NCBI RefSeq assembly: GCF_006345805.1
Contig: NC_043006.1
Coordinates: 52,142,001 to 52,206,000, forward strand
Direction of reading: 5' to 3'
Source: Octopus sinensis
Lineage: Eukaryota
DNA length: 64,000 bases
The position numbers and the translations under genes were made by a program. Of this stretch, positions 10,790 to 23,969 are shown in pieces. Below the pieces are notes generated by a model. That model made no database searches. It was not told where the DNA came from and worked only from the letters and a program-made list of their open reading frames with translations. Every line of letters starts with the position of its first letter. Within the stretch, counting starts at the first letter, position 1.

Positions 10790-11580
10790 TCTAAATACGA
10801 GAGCTAAACCTCTTAGTTTATATCTTCATCAGGTTAAAACGTCTTTTATATGGATTAGATGGATTTTTGAATTTTCTGATAGAATACTTATTCGAAGTGT
10901 TAATGTCATATGTCGTTCTGTAAAACACCATGTTTTGAACAATTTGATTACTCGCTCTCATAGTGTACTGGATAAGAATAATATTGGGACACTGTGTTAA
11001 AGTTTGTGACAGTCCAATCCAAGATCAATCACATCTACATATAAATGAAGCAAGTTTGACACCTATTAAATAAATCAAAGTAACAATCCAAGAAGTTGTA
11101 CCTTTGGTATATTTTTGAGACCGAAACAGTCTCTATTGAATGTTCATCTAGAAGCATTGAAGATGTTAAAGGACGTTTCAGGAGATAAACATTCTTCTGA
11201 TGAATCTTGTAAGCCATAGAATCGTGACCACAGATAGGATTGGACACCTGCCCTTGGTAACCCTTGGTTATCAGGACAGTCCCTTGTGTAATCATAAATG
11301 TTCGCCTCTCTTGTGAGACATATACTTTATACCAACTTATTTGTTTGTCCATTCTTAATTCTTATTCACCCGCTATTTTGTAATGTGTTCCAAGGTTCCT
11401 CATCTATACCTTATCGTTACTGGATTGACAGAAACGGTAGAGCGGCGGAGGTCGACCTCATTTATCCTTTATACTTTGTTGAGAACATTAAAATTCCTGG
11501 ACCCAACAATGTTTTTACACATTCGGAGCTTTTTCTTCTGAGTGCGAATGACATATGCTACTTCTGTCTTGAAGTAACCA
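10790..11580 (-). mobile_element. Heavily decayed Penelope-like element (RT C-terminus / GIY-YIG) with a relic hammerhead
   Basis: Fragments VTIRYR*GTLEHITK, KVYVSQERRT, HDSMAYKIHQKNVYLLKR..EHSIET resemble PLE LPYxxGxSE, YxGQTxR and HxIxxxNVxIL..ESIEI motifs; CTGATGAAG plus stem downstream. Confidence 0.45.
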
Positions 11581-11727
11581 GTAATCAGAGTAGCGAATAC
11601 GCATGCGTACGCATGTATGTGTGCGCATGAGCGTATTCTTTTTTGTACGATACAGGATACTCTTTCCATAAGATGTCAACTGAAGATCATGATTTCGGCA
11701 GTTCCCTGCACCATTGCTGCGATATAA

Positions 11728-11892
11728 CAATACACTCACGGAGTGATTGGCGTTTGGAAGGGCATCTAGCTGTAGAAACACTGCCAGATCAGACTGGAGC
11801 CTGGTGCAGCCTCCTGGCTTCCTAGACCCCGGTCGAACCGTCCAACCCATGCTAGCATGGAAAACGGACGTTAAACGATGATGATGATGATG
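11728..11892 (+). mobile_element. RTE-type LINE 3' end (family D), 5'-truncated, (GAT)n tail
   Basis: ggaagggcatc..gctgtagaaac..ccaacccatgctagcatggaaaacggacgttaaacgatgatgat; about 15 copies in the window. Confidence 0.7.
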
Positions 11893-13162
11893 CATGCATG
11901 CACATATGTATGTATGTATGTGTATGTATGTATGTATGTATGTATGTATGTGTGTATGTATGTATGTAGTGTCCCAGTAAATTACTTGTGTGATTTACAT
12001 CCTAACACCTCAACAGACTAAAGTATCTTTAAAATATAGTCATAACTCATGGCAAAACTCAGCCGTTTAATAAATATAGATCGATAAAATTAGTACCAGA
12101 CTAAGTATAGGGCAGTATTCTCCGTGTGCTACAAGTTGTTTGTTGCACACACATCAAGATAAAATGTTCTTCCTAATAATTTTGTTACTGGAGTATCAGA
12201 ATATTATAATCTAATCATAATTTGTATTCAACTCATAAACAATGATTAAGTCGGATGGAAGTCGTATTATGTACAGAAATTACCAGAATATGTTCCCAGT
12301 TACCACTAAATACATTGTCTCTAATTGCTGAGATTCTTTATCTAAAATGTGAACTTTGTACCATGCCCACATACAATATTTATCTATCCCATCCTATAGC
12401 GACATATGACATCTATTATCATTAATGATATAAAATATCTATTTATTCCAAAGTGACGTATAAAGTTAGTATCTCGAACCTAAAGGCTCATTAGACCGGA
12501 GTTTATGCCAATCATGTTTAAGCTACTGGGAGCAAAAGACTTCCCTCGGGATGCAACGTTAGATACTCATTTCCGTATGAGTGAACTGAATCAATGTGAA
12601 GCAGTGACGTACTTTGATTCAGGACAAAAACAAAGCCAACCCCGACTGAACTTGAACTCAGATCGTAAACGTAACGAAAGTATATAGTTTGATACCTTTA
12701 ACCCAGTGTCCCACAGTTTCTGCCAACCTACCATTCTCTTTATGTAAACTATAACTGTGCTGGTTCGATGCAATTATTATTTTTTATCTTTTTTAGCCAT
12801 GTTAATAGAAATTAAGTGAAATTACATGTGACAGTTAACAAGTGCAATTAGAGTAACTACCAAATTAATTAAATAGCCCAATTACAGAATAGCTTATCGT
12901 TGTCATCATTTTTACATTCGTTTTTCCATTCTTAGACCAATTTTCACCAACACAACAACTTATTACTCATGTCCTTGTCGCTTCATTCACGAGTTTCAGC
13001 TTTCCTCAATTTTTTATATCAGCTTCCGCTTTTCTACAATATTTTCATTTGTCTTCTCTTTCTACAATTTCTTTCCACGTGAATCTTCCAGCGCTTTTTA
13101 CAAAACTGTTATCGTCCATTTGAGTTGCATGTCTGCACCATTACAATCTCCCTTTTTGCACA

Positions 13163-13662
13163 TTAGTGATCCCTCGTTTATCGCGGTAGATTGGTTCCGA
13201 GACCGGCCGCGATAACTGAATTTCCGCGAAGTAGGGACACCATATTTACAGTATTTATTTAAAGTGTATTTGGACTTTTAAAACCCTCCCTGTACTGTTA
13301 ACAACCCACCCATTACAGTAATCTATTAATAACAAGGACAACTATTAAGCAATAACACTTTAGATTTAGAAAAATATCGATTATTACTGTTACACAGACC
13401 AGATTACAAAATAGAAAACTGAGATTCGTCGTCTCTCTCCATTGCACCAATCACAGCCCATCTTAAGTTCAGATACCTCTGTATATGCTTTTTGGCTATT
13501 TTACGCTTGTTTTGTTGCTCCTAGACTAAGAAATAATATTTATTATTACTATTTTAATGGATTTAATGAAAAATTTTAGGCGTTCATATATATATATATT
13601 AAAAATCCGCAAAGTCGTGAATCCGCAATAGTTGAACCGCGAAATAGCGAGGGATCACTGTA
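13163..13662. mobile_element. pogo/Tigger-like MITE (about 500 bp)
   Basis: TIRs agtgatccctcgtttatcgcggt / accgcgaaatagcgagggatcactg, followed by TA; same TIR type as 5198-5423. Confidence 0.75.
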
Positions 13663-14323
13663 TATTTGATTGCTTTTAGGTTCAGCTTTGCTCTTAGATT
13701 ACTTGTGCTTCATCGTTCATGCACACCAACATTACGCATTCAGTTGATTAATACTGTAACGCCAATCAATGGATATGACACTACCCTTTACTACCTGATT
13801 GATTGTGCGAACAGTTTGCCTGAGTTCTACTTCGCCGAATATTTTCACCGTCCCAGGGACTTTCCCAGGTGGTCTGACAGCTTTACCGGAATTCATGTCC
13901 TTAATCTCACTCTCAACCATGCAGTTGTCAACATTATTAGCTAGTCCTTCAGTTGAATCTATTTAGTGCCTCCTTCTTCCTGAAATTCTCCACATGCAGC
14001 AACCTCTTGTAACATTTCCAAGCAACTTTCTTCTCAGCGTTGATGAGAGTAAGCGCATCAGTCATTTCTAATGCACTATTTCCAATGTCTTCCTCATATC
14101 TATGAAAGGGAGGATGTGTGTGCATGTGTGTGTACGTGATTGTAATTTATGCACGTCCACAAATTAGCACGCATGTCGCTCCAATTTTAGGAGGACATTT
14201 GTCAACACCCTATCTGGGTTTTGTCAACTTATTTTTCCCCCGAGGCACCCGTGGGTAGCGTAAATATCTATTTTCAGACATAGCTTTTAGCCACGAAAAA
14301 TATCAGCCTTGGCTCTTTTGATG

Positions 14324-14509
14324 GCGTCTAACAAAAAAAAAAGATAAAGAAAAGTGGAAGAAGGAGGCAGAGAGTTTCACGGGAAAGACAAAGGGAGAGA
14401 GGGGGAGACAGAGATTAAATGACAACGTTCTTGCCAGCGTCTAACAAAAAAAAAAAAGATAAAGAAAAGTGGAAAAAGGAGGCAGAGAGTTTCACGGGAA
14501 AGACAAAGT

Positions 14510-14556
<47 letters not shown>
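14324..14556. repeat. Local tandem duplication (about 70 bp shared, 113-bp period) followed by (AG)n
   Basis: gcgtctaacaaaaaaaaaagataaagaaaagtgg.. at 14324 and 14437. Confidence 0.85.
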
Positions 14557-14560
<4 letters not shown>

Positions 14561-14744
14561 TTATGACGTTCATAAAAAAAAATGTAAAATGTTTTTGTTT
14601 TTGAAAGACACTATATTTTATAATCATAGTATATATACTTTAGTGAAAATCGTGCGAGTGTTAATCTACAAATTTAACAACATTTTTTCCATTCATTTCT
14701 GTTTATGAACATGTATGCGTGCACAAAACATGCAATAGGTGTAC

Positions 14745-14940
14745 GTACGTACGTGTGTGTATGCGTGTTCGTGTCTGTTGCCCATATATATTTATATTAT
14801 ATTATATATATAATATAACTAATTTCAACGGATTTCGTCCAAATTTGACGTCTTTATTACTTAGTTTGGTTTGAAATAAAGAACTTGATTAGCTTAATAA
14901 TCGTAACTTAATCCCGGACAAGGCCAGGTTATACTGCTAG
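14745..14940 (+). mobile_element. Short non-autonomous Helitron/HINE-like element
   Basis: Ends cccggacaaggccaggttatactgCTAGt, the same end type as 2022-3035. Confidence 0.5.
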
Positions 14941-15149
14941 TTCACACTACTTTGCAATTCAAAATACAGTGTGCCGCTGATCCTCTCAACGCAGAACTGT
15001 AGCGAATCGCTTACTTTCAGCTTCTCTTAACCATTTAAGGAAATTCCTTGCCTCTCCACTTTTTTCCATTCTTTCTGGTCCTTAGCTTTTATTACTCTAT
15101 TTACAATATCATTTCATCACAATATCATCTTCTGTCTGGAATGCTCTTT

Positions 15150-15640
15150 GTTCTTGCACAGATTGGCCTCTTAGCTTTTATGATTGTAGCTTTCATACTA
15201 TTTCACCACCACGTCGTCACCTTCCGTCTGGTTAATGCTTTACTCCAATCTCGTCCGTGGTTCACAGCTAGTTATCTTGCAGAAACTACTGGCTGTTCTC
15301 TATCTTCTCCTCATCTAGAAGATTCTCCAGACCATCTTTACCTCTCAGTATTTAGCCCTTATCCTGAAGCCACAAAACAGTAGTTCATGGTGGATACATT
15401 CTTCACTGGAGAGTAACCTAATATTCACGATCATCTTTAAATCCTGTTTTCTGATGAGAATGAAATTCACCTGGCTTGCATATTCACCAGAATAATGGTA
15501 AATGATCAATGAGCAGGTAGGTTTCCCAAAGTTGATATTTTGCATTTGCATCAAGAAGTCCAGGAATTTTGACCCTACCCCATTGTTTGTACCATAACTG
15601 CAGCCTCTACATACACAAGAGTAGCCATCATAGTGTACCC
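15150..15640 (-). mobile_element. Decayed RTE-type LINE endonuclease C-terminal fragment
   Basis: GCSYGTNNGVGSKFLDF..NFGKPTCSLIIYHYSGEYASQVNFILIRKQD..SSEECIHHELLFCGFRIR resembles RTE APE (SQIDYIL..EECxxQHxLV). Confidence 0.6.
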
Positions 15641-15677
15641 TAATATGTCCATTAGTGGAGCACTAAGAGCACCATTT

Positions 15678-16017
15678 GAGCGTGATCGTTACCAGCGTTG
15701 CCTAACTGGCATGTGGAAAAACATTCAAGCAAGGTCGTTGCCAGAGCAGCTGGACTGGCTCATGTACAGTTGGCACGTAAAAAACACTATTTGAGCGTGG
15801 CTGTTGCCCGTACTGCCTGACTGGCCTTCATGCCGGTGGCACGTAAAAGCACCCGCTACACTCTTGGAGTGGTTGGCGTTAAGAAGGGCATCCAGCTGTA
15901 GAAACTCTGTCAGATCAAGATTGGAGCCTGGTGCAGCCATCTGGTTCGCCAGTCCTCAGTCAAATCGTCCAACCCATGCTAGCATGGAAAGCGGATGTTA
16001 AACGATGATGATGATGA
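15678..16017 (+). mobile_element. RTE-type 3' end (family D)
   Basis: Repeated ggcacgtaaaaagcacc modules and (GAT)n tail. Confidence 0.75.
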
Positions 16018-16053
16018 CATTATTTGTAGTTGAAACATAAATAATTCCTTTTG

Positions 16054-16059
16054 TTTATT
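16054..16059 (-). promoter_or_regulatory. Candidate HEATR3 polyadenylation signal AATAAA
   Basis: tttatt on plus strand, about 500 nt past the stop. A second AATAAA overlaps the stop codon (16551-16556). No transcript evidence. Confidence 0.3.
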
Positions 16060-16551
16060 TGTGAGTCCTAATTGAGGTACATAATCAGGAGTAATAGTTG
16101 CAATTACATTGCCTATGATTAGCTTCAACTTAATTATTTTATCATGTGCTCTCACTATATCAATTAATTTCTCTATCAACAATAAGAATTTGTACTTATG
16201 TTCTTAATCCATGAAAAATCTAGCTTTGATTCCTCTACAACTTGTCTCTTGCACACTGCACACATCTATTTTGTTCTAGCATCTCCGCAATCTCTCTAGA
16301 CTTATCTTTCATTGTGCCAATGCTGGTAGAAAGATTTCCAGTTATGGATAGGTAGTGTGCATCTAGTACTGTTACAGAGTAGCTAAATAGTACCACTTTA
16401 GCATAGCAACATAACTACAATATTAGTTAAATATATTAACATACACAATTTGCTTTTTATAGTAACACGAAGAAACATCAACAAATATTTTTAAAAAAGA
16501 GCAGCAAATTATAAGACTGAACAAAATTAGAATAAATTGAGCAAAAAAGAT

Positions 16552-16695
16552 TTATTTGTTACAAGATTCAGTTGTCTGTTGAGAAGTAGAAGCACCGAGT
16601 GAGGACTTGTATTTAATGAAGCGAATCAAGTTTAGTTTGGCAGTGCTTATCACAGGGTCTTTGTACTTCTGTTTCTGTGAACGGGAAACAACAGC
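16552..16695 (-). CDS. HEATR3: HEATR3 terminal coding exon w17 (144 nt incl. stop): AVVSRSQKQKYKDPVISTAKLNLIRFIKYKSSLGASTSQQTTESCNK*
   Basis: cttgtttctttcag acceptor; KxNLxRFIxY C-terminal motif; TAA stop. Confidence 0.93.
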   Translation of the reverse strand, partial: AVVSRSQKQKYKDPVISTAKLNLIRFIKYKSSLGASTSQQTTESCNK

Positions 16696-19337
16696 CTGAA
16701 AGAAACAAGGTGACACATTAGGAATCTAATTAAAAGGACTAATTATACTCTTTACTCTTTTTACTTGTTTCCGTCATTTGACTGTGGCCATGCTGCAGCA
16801 CCGCCTTTAGTCAAGCAAAGCAACCCCAGGACTTATTCTTTGTAAGCCTAGTATTTATTCTATCAATATCTTTTGCTGAACCGCTAAGTTACGGGGACGT
16901 AAACACACCAGCATCGGTTGTCAAGCGATGTTGGGGGGACAAACACAAACACACATATATATGCATATATATATATATATACACAAATATATGACGGGCT
17001 TCCTTCAGTTTCTGTCTGCCAAATCCACTCACAAGGCTTTGGTCGGCCCAAGACTATAGTAGAAGACACTTGCCCAAGGTGCCACGCAGTGGGAATGAAC
17101 CTGGAACTATGTGGCTAGTAAGCAAGCTACTTACCGCACAGCCACTCCTGTGCCTATCTATAAAAATGTTTGAGAAAAATTAGCAGATGGGTGTTGTTGT
17201 TGTTTAAAAAATGTCAGCTACAAGTACCCCAGGGAAAAGCATGAATACCACTTCAAACAACAAGAAGGCTACAAGCAAACTTTGGATTGCTTTTAGTTTT
17301 AGCTATGTTACTATATTTTCCTCTTCTTTGTAAATAAGAGGGTTTGTGCCACTATAAGAATTTTGGCAAAGGTGATATAATGTATTTTGATCTGTCTACC
17401 ACTGAAGGCACAGTACCAAAACTACTATTAATAACAGAGCTGAGCTTAGAAATTTGTTTTAATGGGAACACTTTCTGCATGTATCCAAATATTGAGATTC
17501 CTTCCAATCTATCCTATCACACTACTGCAGTAGATGCAAAACGAAGAAAATAATAAATTTGCCCTTGTACAATTTTCTTTTGAATACTCTTTTACTTGCT
17601 TCAGTCATTTGACTGTGGCCATGCTGGAGCACCGCCTTTAATCGAGCAACTCGACCCCGGGACTTATTCTTTGTAAGCCCAGTACTTATTCTATCGGTCT
17701 CTTTTGCCGAACTGCTAAGTGACAGGGACATAAACACACCAGAATCGGTTGTCAAGCAATGCTAGGGGGACAAACACAGACACACAAACATACACACACA
17801 CACACATATATATATACGACGGGCTTCTTTCAGTTTCCGTCTACCATATCCAGTCACAAGGCTTTGGTTGTCCTGAGGCTATAGTAGAAGACACTTGCCC
17901 AAGGTGCCACACAGTGGGACTGAACCTGGAACCATGTGGTTGGTAAACAAGCTACTTACCACACAGCCACTCCTGCACCTGAATGAATAACATTATTTAA
18001 TATTGGCTTCAAATTTTGGCACAAGGCCAGCAATTTTGGGGGAGGAGGTAAGTCGATTACATTGACATCATACTCATCTAGTACTTATTTTATCAACATC
18101 AAAAGGATGAAAAGCAAAGTTGAGCTCAGTAAAATTTGAACTCAGAATGTGAAGCTGAGAAAAATGCTGCTAAACATTTTTCTGGTGTAGTAATGACTCT
18201 GCTAGCTCACCACTCTGATACAACTTAATATTAACATATTAATGTGGTAAAAAAAAAAACAACTACATATAGGAGTGGCAGTGTGGTAAGTAGCTTGCTA
18301 ACCAACCACATGGTTCCGGGTTCAGTCCCACTGCGTGGCATCTTGGGCAAGTGTCTTCTGCTATAGCCCCGGGCCGACCAATGCCTTGTGAGTGGATTTG
18401 GTAGACGGAAACTGAAAGAAGCCTGTCGTATGTATATATATATGTATGTGTGTGTATTTGTGTGTCTGTGTTTGTCCCCCTAGCATTGCTTGACAACCGA
18501 TGCTGGTGTGTTTACGTCCCCGTCACTTAACGGTTCGGCAAAAAGAGACCGATAGAATAAGTACTAGGCTTACAAAGAATAAGTCCTGGGGTCGATTTGC
18601 TCGACTAAAGGCGGTGCTCCAGCATGGCCGCAGTCAAATGACTGAAACAAGTAAAAGAAAAAAAAAAAACCTTAGAATCCAGTGACTATGTGAGAATACC
18701 TATAAAATATAATCTGGGTCACATGTCCATCTAAACCAACGTTTTCAAATGTTTTTTATTCTTGGGGAACACTTGAAATACATTTGATGTCTTAAGGAAC
18801 CTCTATTGAAAAGTTAGATATCTTTATCCATCTTTTTCTCTTTTGTAAGGCATTTAATCATAAAAATGTCTTTGAAAGATTTAGTACAAGGAATGTTTAA
18901 AAGACTTGGTGAAAACAAGGTCTTTCCTATTGGGTCCGTATACTACTTACAGATACCAGGATTTCCCTATTAGAGGATTTACGCATGCATACATAATAAA
19001 ATTATGATTATTGAACTAAAAAAAAAGTACATTCACAAATAATTGACCTACTTATCACTATTTCCCCCCTCGTGACTTCTTGCTGAACCCTAGGGTTCCA
19101 GAGAACCTCAGTAAAGAAATATTGATATAATTTGTGGAAGTTTATAAACTGAAGATGAGATATGGATGAAATGTTCTTGTGGTTGTGTGGTAAGAAGTTT
19201 GTTTCTCAACCACATGATCGTGGTTTCAGTCCCACTGTGTGACACCTTGGGCAAGTGTCTTCTACTATAGCCTCAAGCCAATCAAAGCCTTCTGAGTGAA
19301 TTTGGTAGACAGAAACTGAAAGAAGCTTATTGTATAA

Positions 19338-19378
<41 letters not shown>

Positions 19379-22300
19379 TTTGTGTCTGTGTTTGTCCTCC
19401 TCTACCACGTGACAACTGGTATTGTGTTTATGTTCCTGTAACTTAGTGGTTTGGTTAGAGATATTGATAGAATAAGAACCAAGCTAAAATAAAAAAGTAC
19501 TGGGCTTGATTCAGTCAACTAAAAATTCTTCAAGGTGGTGCCCCAGTATGACCACAGTCTAATGACTGAAACAAGTAAAAGGTAAAAGATAACTGGTTTA
19601 GATTATTTAACAGTATACATCATGTACCTTGATATATATCTTAATTCAATACAAAAAAAAAAAATAACTTACATTGCCTTTCAGGGTTGATAAAACAGGC
19701 TTTAAATTATCTATGAGGTTAATTTCCTTTACAACTGGATCAACTTCATCTTCAGCAAAAATGTCAAATATAGCATCGAGAGCTTCAGCAACAACATGTA
19801 AACTCTTATCTTGGCAGGCTATATTCATCAAAGCTATACCAATTGGCTGCAAAATGAAGCAACAATACCAATTTAGCAAATATTTACATATCATTGAGTA
19901 AAACAGCAGAATCCAAGGAAACTAGTGAGTTTGTGTTGGCAGATAGTAGATACAAAATGTTCAAAGTGAAATAAATTATTTTGCCATGAAGAAGGAGAGA
20001 CAACATAGAGGAGAAAGAATTCATTTGTCTTACAAGAAACAAGGCAACTTCTCTTGTTATGGTATCACAATAAAGTGTAACCAGTACATTCTGTAACGGG
20101 GTTGGCAAATGAAGACGATGTAGGGGAGAGAAAACTTATTAGTTTTGCCAAGTACATGACAATCTTCCTAGAAGTGATGGCATGATAAAATGCAGCTGGT
20201 ACACTTTGTTAAGTGATTGGCATTAGGAAGTGCATTGAACCTTAGAAACCATACCACATAAAAGGCACCTGTGCCAGTGAAACATAAAAGGCAGCCAGTA
20301 CACTGTAGAGTGGTTGGCATTAGGAAGGGCATCCAACCATAAAAACCAAACCAAAACAGATTGGAGTCCAGTGCAGCTCTCTAGTTTACCAGCCCCAGTC
20401 AAACCATCTCACCCATGCTAGCATGGAAAACAGTTGCTAAATGATGATGTAAGTCATAGTCCTCCAGCCCATCTAGGAAAGTGAGGAGGATAGGCAGTAA
20501 TTCTGATAGGCAGCCTGGAAGACAAATATCTAATGATAATGAGAGGAGAGAAAGTTTAACATTTTCAGTGGGGCCCTTTATCAGAGAGAGATGAAATATT
20601 TAACTCTGTTTAATGAAAAATCCTGCTTAATACATTAGACTTTTCCACTTCTGCAAGGTAAAATAACTTAACCTTTTAGCATTTAGATTATCCTGTCAAA
20701 TGTTCTGTTTATTTATCCACAATGTTTTGAATTAATCATGCGTTATCTTGTAGCTTTGAGATTTCAATGTTGTGATTGTATATATTTAGAATGATATTGT
20801 AAGGTAGGTGTGAGATACTGGATCTGACCAGTTTGAACATAAAACAGGTAAAATACTAGGGCCGGATGTGACCAATTTAAATTCTGTAGGGTTAATGTAC
20901 AGTGAGGTTTTTATCAAACTTTTTCTTTTGCATAATCAAATACTAACAAAGATTTAAACTTACAACAATTTACTTCATATTTTATAAAATAAAGATTAGA
21001 ATTATCAGTATCTATGGTTTGTGGAAATAGAATACAAGAAACTAGGCTAATTTCAGTAAGAGAGATGGTAACTGTGCTCAACCTTATATACAGACATTGA
21101 TGTCACTAGAACTTCTGTAATGAGTAATTCCGAGAATCCATTAGATAAATGGTAAGCTGAAGTCAGGCTATTAATGAAGTAATCTAAAAGGAAAACCTTC
21201 AACTGCAGCAGATAGTAAGGCAATTATAATCAGTACAAAAATAATTAGATTTTTGTCTGCCTAAAAAACAAAAAGTCAAACTAATTCTGCATCACTGACT
21301 GTAAATTGAGAATGCCAACACTTTATTCGTTATCAACAATTACAATAATTTCAGATTTAGCATAATTTTGATGGAAATAACACAACACATTTAATACATC
21401 TTTATTCTTTAGTAGAAAGAACAGAAAAAAAAAAAAGCTCTAGAAGGCTCTAACTACAGTTAAAAGAAAGACTTAAGGATTGAAATGAGTCATTGCCAGG
21501 GCTATGGTACGATGACATGCAAAGACCTAGTCTTTGATAACAAAACTGTGTTAATAATAAAAGTAACTATATTCTTTAATGTCTAAACATCTAAATGTCT
21601 GATGATAGCAAATGAGAATAAAATAAAAGGAGAGGGTGGTGGTGGAGGAGTATGAAGAGAGAAGGAGTAGGAAGAGGAGGAGGAAGGGAAGAGTGAGAGG
21701 AGGGGAGGTGAATGAAGAAGGAAAGAGCAGGAAGAAGAGAAGAGGGAGTGTGAGGAGGAAGGGAGAAGGGTATGAGGAGGATAGTGGAGGAGGTGCTTGA
21801 GGAGGTGAGGGGAGGAGGTGTTTGAGGAGGAGACAATTTTTAGACTCAGAGAAACAGACAAAATGACAGAATTTGATTGCTAGAGCAAAGTTACCTTCAG
21901 TTCAGAGTGAGTTGATGAATTTAGTAGTAAAGTAGAACCAATAGATGATAAAACTCGAATGGAATTGATCCGAATTTGTTGATTTGGACTTTCTTGCATC
22001 TTTTCAAACAAAACCATAGATTCAGGTGACATTATATCTGCCAACTTGTAGAAGAAAATATGTATTAAAGCATTATGTCAAAATGGTTAAATACAAGGTA
22101 CAATCAGTCTGAATATAAAGTTTCTAAATCTCAAATTTAGGAATGACTAACATGCAATAAAAGCAGGACAAATTATTAGCAGTGATGAGCAGATTAAAAT
22201 TATGCCTTCTAGTAGATGTGAAATAAGTCAATCCAAGCAGAATTTGAACTTAGAATGCAAATAGACATAAATGAATCTGTCATACACTTTACAACATAAA

Positions 22301-23894
22301 ACCAGAGCTAGGAACTGACCCTTAAAATCCCTGGTTTCTTAGGATTTATTTACATTTATATGTACATTGCTAGAAAAATAGAAATCAAGACAGTCCAAGT
22401 CGGATTTGAACTCAGTACCCACAAATTAAATAGAGTAACATATTTCATCAGTCAGTCAAGTGTCTCAGCCATCCGCACCACCATCAGTGCAAAACTACCA
22501 CAATATATATACAAGCAAAGAAACTCCTACATAGTCATTCAACCTGCTAGAAATAGCAATCAGATCTCCTTTGCAGTACTGAAGCAAAATATGGAATACT
22601 GTTCCCATGACAGAAACCATAGTTGTTTTACTCTAGGTCAGCTCTGATTAAGTAGGTCAATGATCAATGGCATTCCAACTATGGCCATCCTTGTCTTTTT
22701 CTTGGCCTAGTGTGACTAAGATTTTTTCATCTGATGTATCCTTATCACAAATTGAGTAAGAGCACACCATGTTATTCAGGGAAACTGCTGGCATGAACAT
22801 AAGTGAAACCAACAACAGATGTAGATCCAACTGTAGACATCTCAAATAAAGGAAGAACCCAGTTGATAATCATCATCATCCTCATTTAACGTCCGCTTTC
22901 CATGCTAGCATGGGTTGGACGAATTGTCTGAGGACTGCAAACCAGATGGCTGCGCCAGGCTCCAATCTGATCTGGTAGAGTTTCTACAGCTGGATGCCCT
23001 TCCTAACACCAACCACTCCGAGGGTATAGTAGGTGCTTTTACATGCCACCAGCATGAGGGCCAGTCTGACGGTACTGGCAACGGCCACACTTGAAATGGT
23101 GTTTTTTACGTGCCACCTGCACAGGAGACAGCCCAGCAGTACTGGCAACGACCTTGCTCGAATGTTTTGTTCATGTGCCAGTAAGGCGATGCTGGTAACG
23201 ATCACACTCAAATGGTAGATCTATATTCTCTTAAAAGACTTGTGGTTGAGAACGAAATGCTTTTGATTATAAATCTACTGTATCAGCGCAGACCTAGGGT
23301 TAAATGACAACTATTACTAGCTACAAATATTCATATTTTTTTGTAACTTAGCCATAATCTGAAGTTACAAGTATGATTGTGAGAGTTGTGCTGTTTCCAA
23401 AAGCATCAGAAACATAGAGGAACTGTCACTCCCACTAGCAGATTACCTTTTGATACAACACAGGCCACTTGTCAAACAATGGAATAAATATTGAGTTCTC
23501 TATCACTAACCACAAAAGCATTCATTCATACTTTAACAGGAAATCCTGCTAAATTGGCTTCAAGAGGTAGACAAAAAAACAGTTTGAACTTGACTTATCA
23601 AAGGTTAACTTTTTGTTTGATGGTATTCACCCATCACAAGAAATTTCTTTGATCATCTATCTTTTACTTGTTTCAGTCATTAGGCTGTGGCCATGCTGGT
23701 GCACCACCTTGACGAATTGCAGTCAAATGAATCACCAAAAGTACTTTGTTTTCTTTTAAAGCCCGGTACTTATTCTATTGGTCACTTTTGCCGAACTGCT
23801 AAGTTGTGAAGATGTAAACACACCAACACCAGTTGTCAAACAGTGATAGGGGACAAACAAAAACACAAAGACACTCATAAATGCAAACACATAA

Positions 23895-23969
<75 letters not shown>

